A DNA stretch of 64,000 bases from Nemertoderma westbladi. Lineage: Eukaryota; Animalia; Xenacoelomorpha. Location of the stretch: assembly GCA_032718475.1 (NCBI GenBank), contig JAUCBJ010004529.1, positions 1-64,000 on the forward strand, in the 5' to 3' direction. A model generated the notes under the pieces. That model did no database searches, had not been told where the DNA came from, and saw only the letters and a program-made list of their open reading frames with translations. A program made the translations under genes and the position numbers. Positions 1 to 13,172 of the stretch are shown in pieces; within the stretch, counting starts at the first letter, position 1; the number at the start of each line of letters is the position of its first letter.

Positions 1-1650
1 AAGGCAAAATGAAATGACTTCTCGCAGAGATATTTCGATTGAATATCGAAACAAACTTATTTAGTTGGGTGGGATTGGAACTTGTATCGTGTATTACTGC
101 TTTACATTATCGGTTAAATAACACATACTCAAAATTGGAAGTTCTTTGTAGAGAAATAATGGAATAATGCACTTGATACGTTTGTTGTAATTTGCAAAGT
201 TAAAATTTGTCATCCTCATCCATCAATAATTGATAAGTTAATAGTATCCTTGGGTTATATAGGGATTCGCTATACGCATGAAGGACATCGGATCTCATCT
301 CGCGTTGATGTCGGGATCAGATGGAGGATGGTATATAAATTCTGGTAAATATTAATGAATATTAGATGAACAGCTCTGCTCTATGAGTAAGTTTTTGGTC
401 AGGTCAGGATGTTACTGCATTGTGGTTAAACTCATGTTAATTATAAGCTATCTGGTGTTTAAGTAATAATATATTGTATAGTAAAATTATAATTTTTATA
501 CGATTTTCGAGGTAACCTCATAAATGTTGACTAAGAAATATGCGATATCGCGATAATAGTAAGTTTGGAATTCATCTCCGAATACGGAATCCTTAGTAAG
601 ACACAATATATACCCATTTCTAGCTCAGTGACAAGTGAATAGAATTGCATCTGATTAATCTGTGGTCGTTGTCATAGTAATAGGCTACGATTCACTTAAC
701 ATATCACAATTTATATATGACTATAATATGACGCAAATCCCTAATTGATAGTTGTACCATGGCCCACGTATAATACAGAACGGTGGTTTTTGTGGTATTT
801 AGATTTTCAATTTATCTAAAGTTTTAAGCAATTCCAGGCTTTTTTTTTTAAATAATCTTAACAATTCTAAATTTTTTTTTCGCTTTCGCTTTCCAACGAG
901 ACATACATCCCTGTGTGCGGTACTTTTCTCACGAGATATTAGCAATTCCAACATTAACAAATTTTGTGGGTCACCTTGTCCTTTACTCATTCGGATGCCT
1001 GATATTCCATTAACACTTTTTTTTGATCTTTTTAAACTTTTTATTTGTGCGTTATTTTCACATGATTATTTCAAAAATAAATTGGATTATTATTTTAGCT
1101 TAATTTCCTTCAACTATCTTCCATTATTTATTAATGCTTCTAAATATAATTTTAAGGTAGATGGATAGATAGCCGAGCCGTATATAATTTTTTATTTGTT
1201 TAGAACATAATTTATTTATTATTGTTGTAACTTATAGGTTTGCTTCAAATGTAATTAATGGTGCAAAACTTTATGTAATTATAATACAATGTATTGTAAG
1301 GATGTGTTTATTTGTATCTGTCAGTTTAATAATTTATTCCCCCCCCCCCCCGTGTCTTGAATTCTATTTTGTGTTTGTGTAACTGAGTTATCGTAGTGTT
1401 TATTGTGTAAATGTTATATGAATAGCTCGTAATTTCCCCTCCCAACAATTACATAATTCTATTTATGAATATTGAACGATTTACAGGACTGGTCAATTAC
1501 TATGTTCCATTGTTTTCATAACCCCGGGGTTGAAGAATTTTCCACTGGTACAATGCTTACTCTTTATGGACTATAATATTGTATGAATGCGTGAGAAGCC
1601 CAACTGACAAACACCAAAACTATGTTTTATAGTGGGTTTAAACAGGAATA

Positions 1651-3520
1651 GGTGGTATCATAATGTCTTACAGGAATGCGGCCCAGGTCACTGGTGGTGG
1701 TATTGTAACGTCTTACAGGAATGCCGGCCCAGGTCACTGGTGGTGGTATTGTAACGTCTTACAGGAATGCGGCCCAGGTCACTGGTGGTATCATAACGTC
1801 TTACAGGAATGCGGCCCAGGTCACTGGTGGTATCGTAACGTCTTACAGGAATGTCGGCCCAGAGTCACTGGTGGTATCGTAACGTCTTACAGGAATGCGG
1901 CCCAGGTCACTGGTGGTATCGTAACGTCTTACAGGAATGCGGCCCAGGTCACTGGTGGTATCGTAACGTCTTACAGGAATGTCGGCCCAGGTCACTGGTG
2001 GTATCGTAACGTCTTACAGGAATGCCGGCCCAGGTCACTGGTGGTATCGTAACGTCTTACAGGAATGCGGCCCCAGGTCACTGGTGGTATCGTAACGTCT
2101 TACAGGAATGCGGCCCAGGTCAGTGGTGGTATCGTAACGTCTTACAGGAATGCCGGCCCAGGTCACTGGTGGTATCGTAACGTCTTACAGGAATGCCGGC
2201 CCAGGTAACTGGTGGTATCGTAACGTCTTACAGGAATGCGGCCCCAGGTCACTGGTGGTATCGTAACGTCTTACAGGAATGCCGGCCCAGGTCACTGGTG
2301 GTATCGTAACGTCTTACAGGAATGCGACCCAGGTCACTGGTGGTATCATAACGTCTTACAGGAATGCCGGCCCAGGTCACTGGTGGTATCGTAACGTCTT
2401 ACAGGAATGTCGGCCCAGGTCACTGGTGGTATCGTAACGTCTTACAGGAATGCGGCCCAGGTCGGGTGGTATCGTAACGTCTTACAGGAATGCCGGCCCA
2501 GGTCACTGGTGGTATCGTAACGTCTTACAGGAATGCGACCCAGGTCACTGGTGGTATCATAACGTCTTACAGGAATGCCGGCCCAGGTCACTGGTGGTAT
2601 CGTAACGTCTTACAGGAATGCCGGCCCAGGTCACTGGTGGTATCGTAACGTCTTACAGGAATGCCGGCCCAGGTCACTGGTGGTATCGTAACGTCTTACA
2701 GGAATGCCGGCCCAGGTAACTGGTGGTATCGTAACGTCTTACAGGAATGTCGGCCCAGGTCACTGGTGGTATCGTAACGTCTTACAGGATTGCCGGCCCC
2801 AGGTCACTGGTGGTATCGTAACGTCTTACAGGAATGCGGCCCCAGGTCACTGGTGGTATCGTAACGTCTTACAGGAATGCGGCCCCAGGTCACTGGTGGT
2901 ATCGTAACGTCTTACAGGAATGCGGCCCAGGTCACTGGTGGTATCGTAACGTCTTACAGGAATGCCGGCCCAGGTCACTGGTGGTATCGTAACGTCTTAC
3001 AGGAATGCGGCCCAGGTCACTGGTGGTATCGTAACGTCTTACAGGAATGCGGCCCAGGTCACTGGTGGTATCGTAACGTCTTACAGGAATGCGGCCCAGG
3101 TCACTGGTGGTATCATAACGTCTTACAGGAATGCGGCCCAGGTCACTGGTGGTATCGTAACGTCTTACAGGAATGCGGCCCCAGGTCACTGGTGGTATCA
3201 TAACGTCTTACAGGAATGCGGCCCCAGGTCACTGGTGGTATCGTAACGTCTTACAGGAATGCGGCCCAGGTCATTGGTGGTATCATAACGTCTTACAGGA
3301 ATGCGGCCCAGGTCATTGGTGGTATCATAACGTCTTACAGGAATGCGGCCCAGGTCACTGGTGGTATCGTAACGTCTTACAGGAATGCGGCCCAGGTCAC
3401 TGGTGGTATCATAACGTCTTACAGGAATGCGGCCCAGGTCACTGGTGGTATCTTAACGTCTTATAGGAATGTCGGCCCAGGTCGGGTGGTATCATAACGT
3501 CTTGCAGGATTTCGGCCCAG
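1651..3520. repeat. 42-bp minisatellite (ggtggtatcgtaacgtcttacaggaatgcggcccaggtcact), roughly 44 copies with 43-bp variants
   Basis: Tandem units are directly visible. The 14-aa periodic ORFs (GGIVTSYRNAAQVT / GHWWYRNVLQECGP) are a by-product of the 42-bp period. Confidence 0.97.
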
Positions 3521-4217
3521 GCATACTTAACTAAAAAATCTACTGTTGCGCAACACTATCATTATGAAAGTGACAAGCGGCATTTCATATTATATTTTAA
3601 TTCTGGCGATACTTCTGAATTGTACAGACACTGAGCTTTATGTACCGGTAAGGATTGTTTGGTTTTGAGTCAATTTATCAAATTTTGCCACTACTAGGTG
3701 GCACAAAACTGCATCAATTCAAAAGTCTAACGATCACATTAATTAACTGACAATCGAAGTCGAAGCCAAGGACAACTTTACTATATTGTAGCGCCATCCC
3801 TGCAGTAGAGATTTCAGCCAATCAGGGCTTTCTTTGGAAATTTGATGAGGGCGCTGTCGGCGCCATCAACCAAATTTTATATGGCGCCAGGCGCCACAGA
3901 AAATCCCCCCCCCCCCCCCTTCTGTCACAAAAAGTCAAGAAACCTCCACCCCCACCCCCACCCCCCCCCCCCCCCCCCCCCCTCGTGCGTGATATACTTT
4001 ATGAACGCTTCCTATAACATATAATTAATATTATGAAAATGAATGAAAAGGACTAGAATTGCTCAACATCATGGTAACGTTCCGGTATACCTAAAATATG
4101 TGAGAATTCAAAACCTAACAAATAATTTTAGTCCTTTTCATTATTTTATTCTTTATCCTGTTTAAATTTATGTTTTATAAATAAATAAAATAAATACATA
4201 AATAAACTTATACGTTA

Positions 4218-4770
4218 GGCCCCCATCACACGGTGCAACTTAGCAACTAGTTCCTGGACCCCTGTAACAGGCTGAGATAACTCCCCAACCAAATATGACT
4301 CCCAGTCTTCTCAGCCTAGGCTGAGAACACTCCCCAGTTTTCTCCCTAGATTTCTTAATTAACAGAAAGGTGCACCCCCTCACACACCTAAACTTGTTGC
4401 TGGAGTCCTCACACATAGAAACAAGTTTGGGAAACAAGTTGCAGCAACAGGTTTCTGTGTGTGAGGGGGTCCAGCAACAAATTTCAGAAACAATTTTCTG
4501 GAACAAGTTTCTGTGTCTGTGTTGTGTGTGAGGGGTCCAGCAACAAGTTTCAGAAACAAGTTGCAGCAACACGTTTCTGTGTGTGAGGGGGTCCAGCAAC
4601 AAGTTTTTTGAGAAACAATTTTCTGGAACAAGTTTCAGTGTCTGTGTGTGAGGGGTCCAGCAACAAGTTTCAGAATCAAGTTGCAGCAACACGTTTCTGT
4701 GTGTGAGGGGGTCCAGCAACAAGTTTCAGAAACAAGTTGCAGAAACAAGTTGCTCCGTGTGAGGGGTGCC
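4218..4770. mobile_element. Non-autonomous PIF/Harbinger-like MITE with internal ~60-bp tandem repeats
   Basis: TIRs ggcccccatcacacggtgcaactt / aagttgctccgtgtgaggggtgcc; TTA on both flanks (4215-4217, 4771-4773), matching the 3-bp TWA TSD of Harbinger; internal repeats of gtgtgtgagggggtccagcaacaagtt. Confidence 0.8.
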
Positions 4771-6401
4771 TTAAGGTTTCAAATTCAATTTTTGTAATTT
4801 TAATTAAAATAAACGTAAACTATTTGAAGAGTCAACGATGTTTTTGTAACTAACTAAATTCGCAGTGACAAGTTAATAAAACCACTTTAATTAACTACAT
4901 AAAATTATATGACAACGTAACTAGTTTGAACGTTCAAATAATGTGCCCACCCCACCACCTCAAACAGTTTGAGTCTGTGTGTGGGTATCGATGTTTATTT
5001 AAATGTTTTTTATATTAATATTTTTTTAATACCGATACTGTACTGTTAACCGAGAATATGCATGACGAATGTCGGAGATATCCGATGGCGTTGTTGGCGC
5101 CATCGAGCTTCCTGCCAATGGCGCCACATTTAGCGCCAAAAAACACTGGCCAAGAGAGAGGAAGGAGCCTTCGAGTTGTCTCAGGTGTCTTTACACTTTT
5201 TGGTATCACTTTTTGTTTTGAATGCCCAACGATTTTAGTGTGATTTCAAATCTATATGGAATAAGTTTCCCCTTTTAAGGAATTTACAATCCCTTATCTG
5301 CTATCTACTCACTGGCGACTGACTGCTTGCATTACCACAAAATCAACACCTCATTGAGTAACGTTCACGTAATCACTAAACTGCGTTTTATATGGTAGAT
5401 TTTATTGTACTCCGAAATTAGATTTAGATTGTAACATTATTAAATTTTTAAGGCATGCATGATTGGCTGTTCCGATTCTTGTTGCTAGGATACACAAAAC
5501 AGTAGTAGAGCCAACATTGAACTAAGTTCAATGTGTGATTTATGATTGCAGTAGCGCGCTCGTGACTAATTTCCTGTAATCCTGCATGTCGAGGACAATC
5601 TTATAAACTCCCTCCAATGTTGTAATATTTTGAAGATTATTTTTTACTTTGTAATAATACATTGGTAAGCCGTTTTTTTGTTGTAGATTAGGCCTGCGTA
5701 TTATGTTCGTTAAGCTAAACTTTGCTGGTTTTCTTTCTTTCAGCTTAATAAGCAGCCCTTGCTTTGGCATAATATTACAATGAGTTACACATCGTGAAAC
5801 CTGCGTTGGCGTAAGGTAGCTGTTTTGGTAGCATGTTTTTTTATTGTATTGTGCTGCCTACACAATGGTTCAATAGTTGTACGGCTGCTCCATACCAAAG
5901 CCCAGTACCGGTAACTTAAATAAAGGGCAGCCGTGTTGACCTATTTGTAACTAATCCTACTGTAGTTGCAACGTACAGTATGTTTATTGTAAAGTCAACT
6001 GTAAATTGTGTCTATCAAGGACCAAAATATAACGGCAATTTAAACATTCAAGCAACGTACGTTTGTCATTAAGTCATACATTAACGGTTGATGATTTTGT
6101 TTAAGCTAATAATAATTGCGATTATAATTTATATTTTGGTTATTCCTACATATTGTAATTAACGCAGATTGTTGAATTTTATTTTTTATTTTAGTGGTTG
6201 GTTTGGTGTTTTTCTTGGTTGGTGAATGTTATCCAGAATATTGATTTACTGTCCCGTACCTAACGATACACTCCATGCCAAGATATTTCATTGAATAATA
6301 TGCAGAGAAGGACATCTTATTAATAACTATTTTCATAATAACAATTGGAAAATTTATCAATATTTTAGCGCGCAGAAATGACAAAACAATCCAACATAAT
6401 A

Positions 6402-6563
6402 CCGTATTTACTCGAATAAGAGCCTGGGCGTTTAAGTTTATAAATTGCTAATTGGGGAGGCGTTTATTCTAGGGGGGCGTTAATTCGGGGAAGGCGTTTA
6501 AGTTGCTAGTTTGATGATAAGAGGGGCGTTAATTCGAGGGGGGCTCTTATCGAGTAAATACGT
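6402..6563. mobile_element. Tc1/mariner-pogo-type MITE (~160 bp)
   Basis: TIRs ccgtatttactcgaataagagcc / ggctcttatcgagtaaatacg, TA flanks, internal ggggcgttaattc repeats. Confidence 0.8.
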
Positions 6564-6780
6564 TAAATAATGAATTTACTGATGGGAATTTTGGAATTCC
6601 AAGGTTTTCATTCACATTATCATTTTATATCAATCAATAATTTTCTCAATTGCATACTAATAATCAATTATACACAATACAATTTCGTAGGGGCCTACTG
6701 TACATACAGTATGCACGCTATGCATTACATTTGAAACATAAATCGATCATTGGCATTGTTTATATAATTATTTCGCCAAT

Positions 6781-9700
6781 ATGTCTTTCTACCAATACAG
6801 TGCCAATAAGATAGGCGGTGTCAGTTGTTCGGCCACCAGCATTATGGAGCTTTCGCCCGACCTCCATCTCAAGATGTCCAAGAAGATCGCCCAACTTACC
6901 AAAGTGGTTTATTCCTTAAACACCAAAAACGATGAACACGAGGCCCTGGTCGATAGCCTACAAGATCAATTCGATGAGGAACGGAAAGCTATCGATTTAG
7001 AAACCAAGGCGAAACTGCAGTTCTACGCGATGCAAATCGGGAATGAGTCGGAACAGAAGCGGTTGATCGACCGATTGAAACAGTTGTTGGAGGACCACAG
7101 TGAAGCCAAGGCCAGTGCAATGCGCTCATTCGATGAATACAAACAACAGGTTGCTCAACGTGAGAAGCAGACAGATGAGATACATTCACATGAGATAGAC
7201 CAACTTACCAGCGAGATAAATAAAATTAAAAGGGAATTCGAGGCTAGAATTTCCGAATTTGAGATATTGAAAGATAAAATGCGCGAAATTTCCAACGATA
7301 ATTTCGAACAATTGCGAACAAAATTCAAGAAAGAAGTGACGTCATTGGAAGTTCAGATTGAAATGGAAAGAAGAAAAACAGATGAAAAACAAAGTTCTGC
7401 GGTTGCTCGCCTCCAAAAGGAAGTTGATACTTTAACCGAAAAGTGCAAATGTTTAAAAAACGAAAAGACTACAATTCTACGCGAGTTTGAAGATAAACTT
7501 ATGAAGGCGAAAAGTTTATATGAATCCGAAATGGTGAGTGATCGAAATAAGCTAATTTTTGAGAACTCCAGGAATCTAAAACAACAAGAAGATTCTCTAA
7601 ACGCCGAATCTGAACGAAAAATCTCCCATGTCAGGAAGGAAATGGGGGACATTAAATATCAGCTAGAAGCTGCCGAAGAGGAGATTGAAGGCTATAAAGC
7701 TAGTTTATATGAGGCGCAAAGTAAACTAGATGCAATGAGTTCAACGACAAATTCAGTAGAAAGTAAACTGAATGCCAGTCAACGTGAACAAGACGCTGCT
7801 ACGAAGAGGACGTCCCATCTCGAGGCTCAACTCGCGAAACTAACATTGACTGTTTCACAACAGAAAGCTGAATTAGAGGAAAAGATAGCGTCCATTAAAA
7901 CACACGAAATAGCGAAACATAAACTCGAAACTCAGGTCCAAAAGCTCGAAAATGAATTGTCGAAACTGCTCACATCACAGGCCCAACTCGAGCGTCAAAA
8001 AACACTACTTGAGCAACATCGTAACGACGAAGACACTTCTCAACTGCAACGTTTAAAGCAGTCACTCCATTTGCTGAAAGAGGAAAACAGCAACCTGCGA
8101 AATGATTATCAAAATGAAGTGTCATCTTTAAAAATTGAAACTGAAAAATTGTTGGCAACAATGAAAGCTGATCATACTAAAGAACTTGAAGAGCAAAATG
8201 ATATGTATAAATCGACTATTAGTGAACTAAATGCCAATTCAGATAGTTGTATTGCTAACTTGGAAATTGATTTAATGAAAAGGCATAAAAATGAACTCGA
8301 ACAAGAGAAACTAGCTGCCGATAAAATTATACTTGATAAAGATAATAAAATAAATGATTTATCATCAAAGGAGACAGATTTACAAACAGAATGCACACGA
8401 TTGCGTAACGATTTGAAGACCAGAGATTCGGAACTTAATGTATCATTTGTGCAGCTGAAGGAAATTGGTGACACTAAAGATAATATGGAGAAAGAACTCA
8501 AGAATACTATGAACGAATTAAAAATAACACAGATCAAAATAGAAAATATGGAAAGCAATATTAGCCAATTGGAAGACGAATACAAATCTCGATTAGCATC
8601 GGAAAAGGAAGCCAACAGTAAGAGATTGAATGTAGCTGATAAACAATTCGATGAAAGGTTGAAATCTGAGTGTGAAAAACTAAAACTGCAATTAAATAAA
8701 ACTTATGAAACTGAAAAAAACAGAGAGTTTGAGAATTTGCGTGTAGTCAAGGAAAAGGAGATACAAAAAGTGAAAGTAGATGGAGATATGAAACAACTTG
8801 ATTTAATTCAAAAAATGAAAGAACTTGAAAGAAATATCCTGAATATTAAGCGAGATAATGTCAGCCATTTTGAGAAGTTATCGTTTACACACACACAGGA
8901 GAAAACTGACTTGCAGAACCAGCTGGAAATTCTTGAGAAATCGCATCAAGATGAAATGCGACATTACAAGGAAACTTATGGACAAGAAATTCAGGAAGTA
9001 CATGGAAAATTGGAAAGGGAAAGGACTGAATTACTGGTTCAATTAAAAAAGCAACACAAAGATGAAATGACGAAACAAGTGGAGATGTCAGCAGCTGCTT
9101 CGGATGCATTGAAAGATGTATTTGAACGAAAAGAAAAAGAAAACCTAGTCAAACGTACAAGGGAACACAACCAAGCCATTGAAAAACTTAAACAAGAATT
9201 GTCTAACAAATATGAAATAGACGTTGAAAAGTTGAACAAAGATTATAAGCTAAAAGTAAAAACTTGTAAAAACGAAATGGAACTTGTAAATGAAGGCAAA
9301 GAGAAATTAAAAGACAATTATGAGTCTAAGTTTAAGGAGCTTAATGAAGTTATTTATAATAAGGAAACTAGAATCAGCAGTTTGGCTAGCAATATAGATG
9401 GTCTGAATAAAAGTATTATTACATTAAGGAGTGAAGTTGAAGTAAAAGCTGATGAGGTTATCAGAGTGAAACAGGAAGCTGTTAACAGTTACAAACGTAA
9501 AGAGGCCGAGCTCGAGAAGAAATTTGAATCTGCAATGGATAATCTGCACGGGGAACATTTGAGGGAAACTCAAGGCATGTTACAGAAATTTAACATTGAA
9601 AAGGAATTAATGGAAGACAAAGTGAATGAGTTACAGAATTCGCTTGAAGAGGCTGCTGTACGTTATCAGCAGCGTGAATCGCGTCCTGAGGATATTATAG

Positions 9701-10053
9701 CTATCAACAACCTCAGTGAAGCTCTCTCCGAGCGAGAGAAAGCACTTAGGAAACTGGCTGAGGATAAGAATTACTTCCAACGCGAATTGATCAACCGAGA
9801 GACAAATTATAATAAAATGTTCAACACCAACGTTCAAGTCGGAGTGATGAACCCGCTGGGAGGGCGACCGCGTAAGCGAGGCGGTTCCGATATTCGGTTG
9901 ACGCAACAGCGGTCGTCGGCCCCCAGTCTAGAGCCCCTCCCGCAAACACCGCCGATACACGCGGACAAACTCAACCGCAATCGGCCCCTCCCAGACACCC
10001 AGAGTTCGGTCCCCCATCGGCCTCCGTCGCAACCGAGGACCTTCCTCGGATGA
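6781..10053 (+). CDS. FAM184A: FAM184A-like long coiled-coil protein, 1090 aa, single ORF
   Basis: N-terminal LHLKMSKKIAQLTKVVYSLNTKNDEHE and C-terminal ELINRETNYNKMFN..VGVMNPL match the conserved FAM184 motifs; coiled-coil composition in between. Confidence 0.9.
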   Translation: MSFYQYSANKIGGVSCSATSIMELSPDLHLKMSKKIAQLTKVVYSLNTKNDEHEALVDSLQDQFDEERKAIDLETKAKLQFYAMQIGNESEQKRLIDRLKQLLEDHSEAKASAMRSFDEYKQQVAQREKQTDEIHSHEIDQLTSEINKIKREFEARISEFEILKDKMREISNDNFEQLRTKFKKEVTSLEVQIEMERRKTDEKQSSAVARLQKEVDTLTEKCKCLKNEKTTILREFEDKLMKAKSLYESEMVSDRNKLIFENSRNLKQQEDSLNAESERKISHVRKEMGDIKYQLEAAEEEIEGYKASLYEAQSKLDAMSSTTNSVESKLNASQREQDAATKRTSHLEAQLAKLTLTVSQQKAELEEKIASIKTHEIAKHKLETQVQKLENELSKLLTSQAQLERQKTLLEQHRNDEDTSQLQRLKQSLHLLKEENSNLRNDYQNEVSSLKIETEKLLATMKADHTKELEEQNDMYKSTISELNANSDSCIANLEIDLMKRHKNELEQEKLAADKIILDKDNKINDLSSKETDLQTECTRLRNDLKTRDSELNVSFVQLKEIGDTKDNMEKELKNTMNELKITQIKIENMESNISQLEDEYKSRLASEKEANSKRLNVADKQFDERLKSECEKLKLQLNKTYETEKNREFENLRVVKEKEIQKVKVDGDMKQLDLIQKMKELERNILNIKRDNVSHFEKLSFTHTQEKTDLQNQLEILEKSHQDEMRHYKETYGQEIQEVHGKLERERTELLVQLKKQHKDEMTKQVEMSAAASDALKDVFERKEKENLVKRTREHNQAIEKLKQELSNKYEIDVEKLNKDYKLKVKTCKNEMELVNEGKEKLKDNYESKFKELNEVIYNKETRISSLASNIDGLNKSIITLRSEVEVKADEVIRVKQEAVNSYKRKEAELEKKFESAMDNLHGEHLRETQGMLQKFNIEKELMEDKVNELQNSLEEAAVRYQQRESRPEDIIAINNLSEALSEREKALRKLAEDKNYFQRELINRETNYNKMFNTNVQVGVMNPLGGRPRKRGGSDIRLTQQRSSAPSLEPLPQTPPIHADKLNRNRPLPDTQSSVPHRPPSQPRTFLG

Positions 10054-10371
10054 CAGAGTTGGTAGACCCATCTCCTTGACAACATAAGACCTTCCTCTAA
10101 TGAAAATTTGTTCGGGTTGAGTCTTAGAAAATGTGCAACCATTATCATGACGCTTTTGGTCAATATTTCTTGTTGTAAATTTTATTATGTTCAGTTTACT
10201 TTATTTTGTTTACAATTAAATATTTTTTTACTATTTGCACATTTATGTTACTATATTACATTCATAATTTATAGATATGATCATACTAACTATTATTAGT
10301 AATAATATAATATTTGTAGTCACGACGTCCCCTATCCACTATCCTTTATTCCCCTATCTTACAATGGTTTG

Positions 10372-10600
10372 TGGGGCGAACGATGAAGTAAGCTGTTTAC
10401 TACTGTACCACTGTTTTAGCCGTTGTCTGTCTGTCGCCAAATGTTTGAAGGCTAATAACTCAGGACTCAGCCAACCTTTGATGAAACTAACACAAATTTG
10501 GTACACATAGAATGACGTTCTAAAGTAGAATTTGCGTGGGGCTAAGTTGCTTTTTCTTATTTAGTTCTGTGCGAAGGCTCCACGATGGTGTTGAGCGTTA
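10372..10600. mobile_element. Short interspersed element, Helentron/DINE-like; related copy at ~30055-30340
   Basis: (gtct)n tract, gatgaaa..aaa(t/c)ttggta core and gcgaaggc(t/c)ccacga motif are shared with 30055-30340. The family assignment is inference. Confidence 0.4.
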
Positions 10601-11923
10601 AGTAGGTGACGTTACAAGGATTCGAAATCTGTACCAAAATCTAAATTTTGTCGAGAAATAGGATAAATTTTTATTAAATTACTCAAAAACATCACAATAC
10701 AAAATTCATCCTCCCCCAGGGGAAAATCTACGCAAATAACAACTGCTTACTCCCAAAAATAAAACTGTAACTTGTTCTATTGAATTTAGTTTATTGTTTT
10801 GCTGTTCTTTTCCCTAAATTTATAATTTAACATTGAGGCTAAAAATGAATTCGCCGAGATGGAATTTTCGTCAAGTTTGCCCCCCGTCTCCATTCTAGAT
10901 AGATAGAAAATGATAATGGTATGGCTAAAATGTATTCCCTTAGATGAAAACATTACTAACACTACATTATTCCCAAATGGATCCTTACATTGTAATTTCC
11001 TAAAGGAGTTTCAAGTTAATCCCCTACTTATCCCGCCTTAAACTCATTTAATATTCCTCACCTGCGACTAACAATTACTAAAACTAACACCACCGCAGCA
11101 ACATTCCCGCCTACCCCACGAATTATAGCAGAGTGAATTAAATACACTTTCGTTAACTATTTACGGAGTGGGCCATTTGATTTAGGGTACCATAACTGTG
11201 TAATTGAAATATATTGACGTTAAAACATAGATCCAGGCAGACAGTGGGAGTGTGTATTCAGAGTAGGCCTACTCAATTTCTGGGCCAGCCAATCAATGAT
11301 GAAAACAATGGTTTGTCACAATTATTGATTGACATTAATATTAAGTAAAAGTGAGAATATATATTAGATAGTATAATATATTTCTTTAAATAAATACATA
11401 CATTTAAATACATATTGTAAGTAGTAAGACTTTCTGTTATAGTATAAATATAAATATTAAAAAAATGCACCACAAATGAATTGTTTAGCAAGAATATTAC
11501 AATAATGGAAGGAAATGGAAGAAAATATTACAACATATTAAATAACATCTGTATAGGATTAAAAATAAAATGAATATTAACCAGATACTGTCTTACTGTA
11601 AACAAATTTGAAAATGCACTGTATATAGAATCAATGGTAGCAAAAACAAGTATACGGTACTGTCTTTAGCTGTTGTAACACATTGATTTAATAATTGGAA
11701 ATTATATTTTGCACCATAATTTATACATTTTAAACTCTATAATTGGTTATATGATTCATTAATGAATGAAGTAACCACTTTAATCACAACGTAATATTAT
11801 CGGTAAGGGAAGAAGAAAATATAGCTGACCTGCCTACATTACATACATTTTATAATACCTAGAACGCATGACATGCGTCCTTTCTATTGCCAACTGCCCG
11901 CGCCCGGTACGTGCAGTATGTAA

Positions 11924-12311
11924 GGGGTGTTCATAAAGTATGTTACTGAAAGCCACGCAGTCTGAACGCTATCAAGCACTCCCCCCATCACTCCGGGTCT
12001 TAGTAATCTTGTATTTGGAGATTATCAAAAGGTTTTTATAATATAATAAATGAATTATTTAGATGATTTTATTATCAATAATTACAAAAATAAACCCAAA
12101 AACTATAGATAGATAGCGCAAGAAGACTTATCACACCGCGCCAAAATATAGTGCGGCGGGATTGTAAATATAATGAATTAAGTAAACTGAAATGATAAGA
12201 TTACCGTTAAACACAAAAAGCGGACACCCCCCCCCCCCCACACACACACACAGTGTCAAGCACGCTCGATTTCCCACCCCCTCAAAGAGTGACATACTTT
12301 ATGAACAACTC
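11924..12311. mobile_element. MITE with imperfect TIRs (Harbinger/Zator-like); a solo end of the same family is at ~3989-4012
   Basis: ggggtgttcataaagtatgttac vs gtgacatactttatgaacaactc; a similar gtgatatactttatgaacgcttcc occurs at 3989. Confidence 0.6.
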
Positions 12312-12586
12312 GACTAGTAAAGACTATGAGTGATGTATTCCTGGATAAAAACCAGCAAGTAGCGCAACATGATATCCATAGCCATCCTACCGAATGTATG
12401 TATGTACAGTAGACGGACAGTACAGACTACCATTTAAGCATCAAAAGTTAATAACCAACCAAGATACATATCGTTAGCTATGAATTGCACATATTATAAA
12501 TTACTACAAACATCTTACCACTATGACAAATAAATACCAGAATGTAAACAAAAAACTAAGTTAGAATATATAACATACAAATATTA

Positions 12587-13172
12587 GGGGGCGGGGGGAC
12601 CCACCTACTGCATTTTTTTAATTATATGTACCGATCTCGAATGTGGTTACAAATGCCTAGAACATGAAACATGATGATATCACCGTAAAGAGAACCATCA
12701 AAAAGTAAACAAAAATTTGGCGCCACCTAGCGGCGTGCGAGAAATTTCAAAATGCCTCTAAAAACATTACTCCTCCCTTATATTCTATCTTCATTTTCGG
12801 ATGCCATATTTTTTGGAACCATCATGATGAATTACATCATATTATTCTGCCACTTTTTGTGTTTTAATTTGTTGTTACTGAGAATTGGCAATTGTGTGAA
12901 AAAATATCAAGTTTAAAAGAGAATAAAAAAACAGTAGTATTTTTCTATTTTTTTCTTTAAAAAATTGGGAATATTATGAAATCAACAAAACTTCTCGATA
13001 TTTTTTTTGCTTATGAAATTACCTTTCATATCAAGCAAAAATTAGAAAAAACTATGGCAATGGAGTTAGTGTTTTTGCGGTGAAAAATATAATTGCCATC
13101 AAATTTCATACCTTCCGGCGCAAAAGCACATGCCGGCGGTCTCTACGGTACTAAGGAGGCAGACCACCTCCC
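12587..13172. mobile_element. Possible degenerate TIR element
   Basis: atattagggggcggggggacc vs gaccacctccctaatat; only a short inverted match. Confidence 0.35.

Noticed and set aside
745-775. YVGHGT, resembling the parvoviral/adintoviral PLA2 calcium loop (YxGPG)
   Set aside because: Followed immediately by a stop and no downstream HDxxY motif; too short to support.
1651-3520. CRISPR-like array or repeat protein gene
   Set aside because: Units are contiguous with no unique spacers, there are no cas genes and the context is eukaryotic. The ORFs shift frame at each 43-bp variant.
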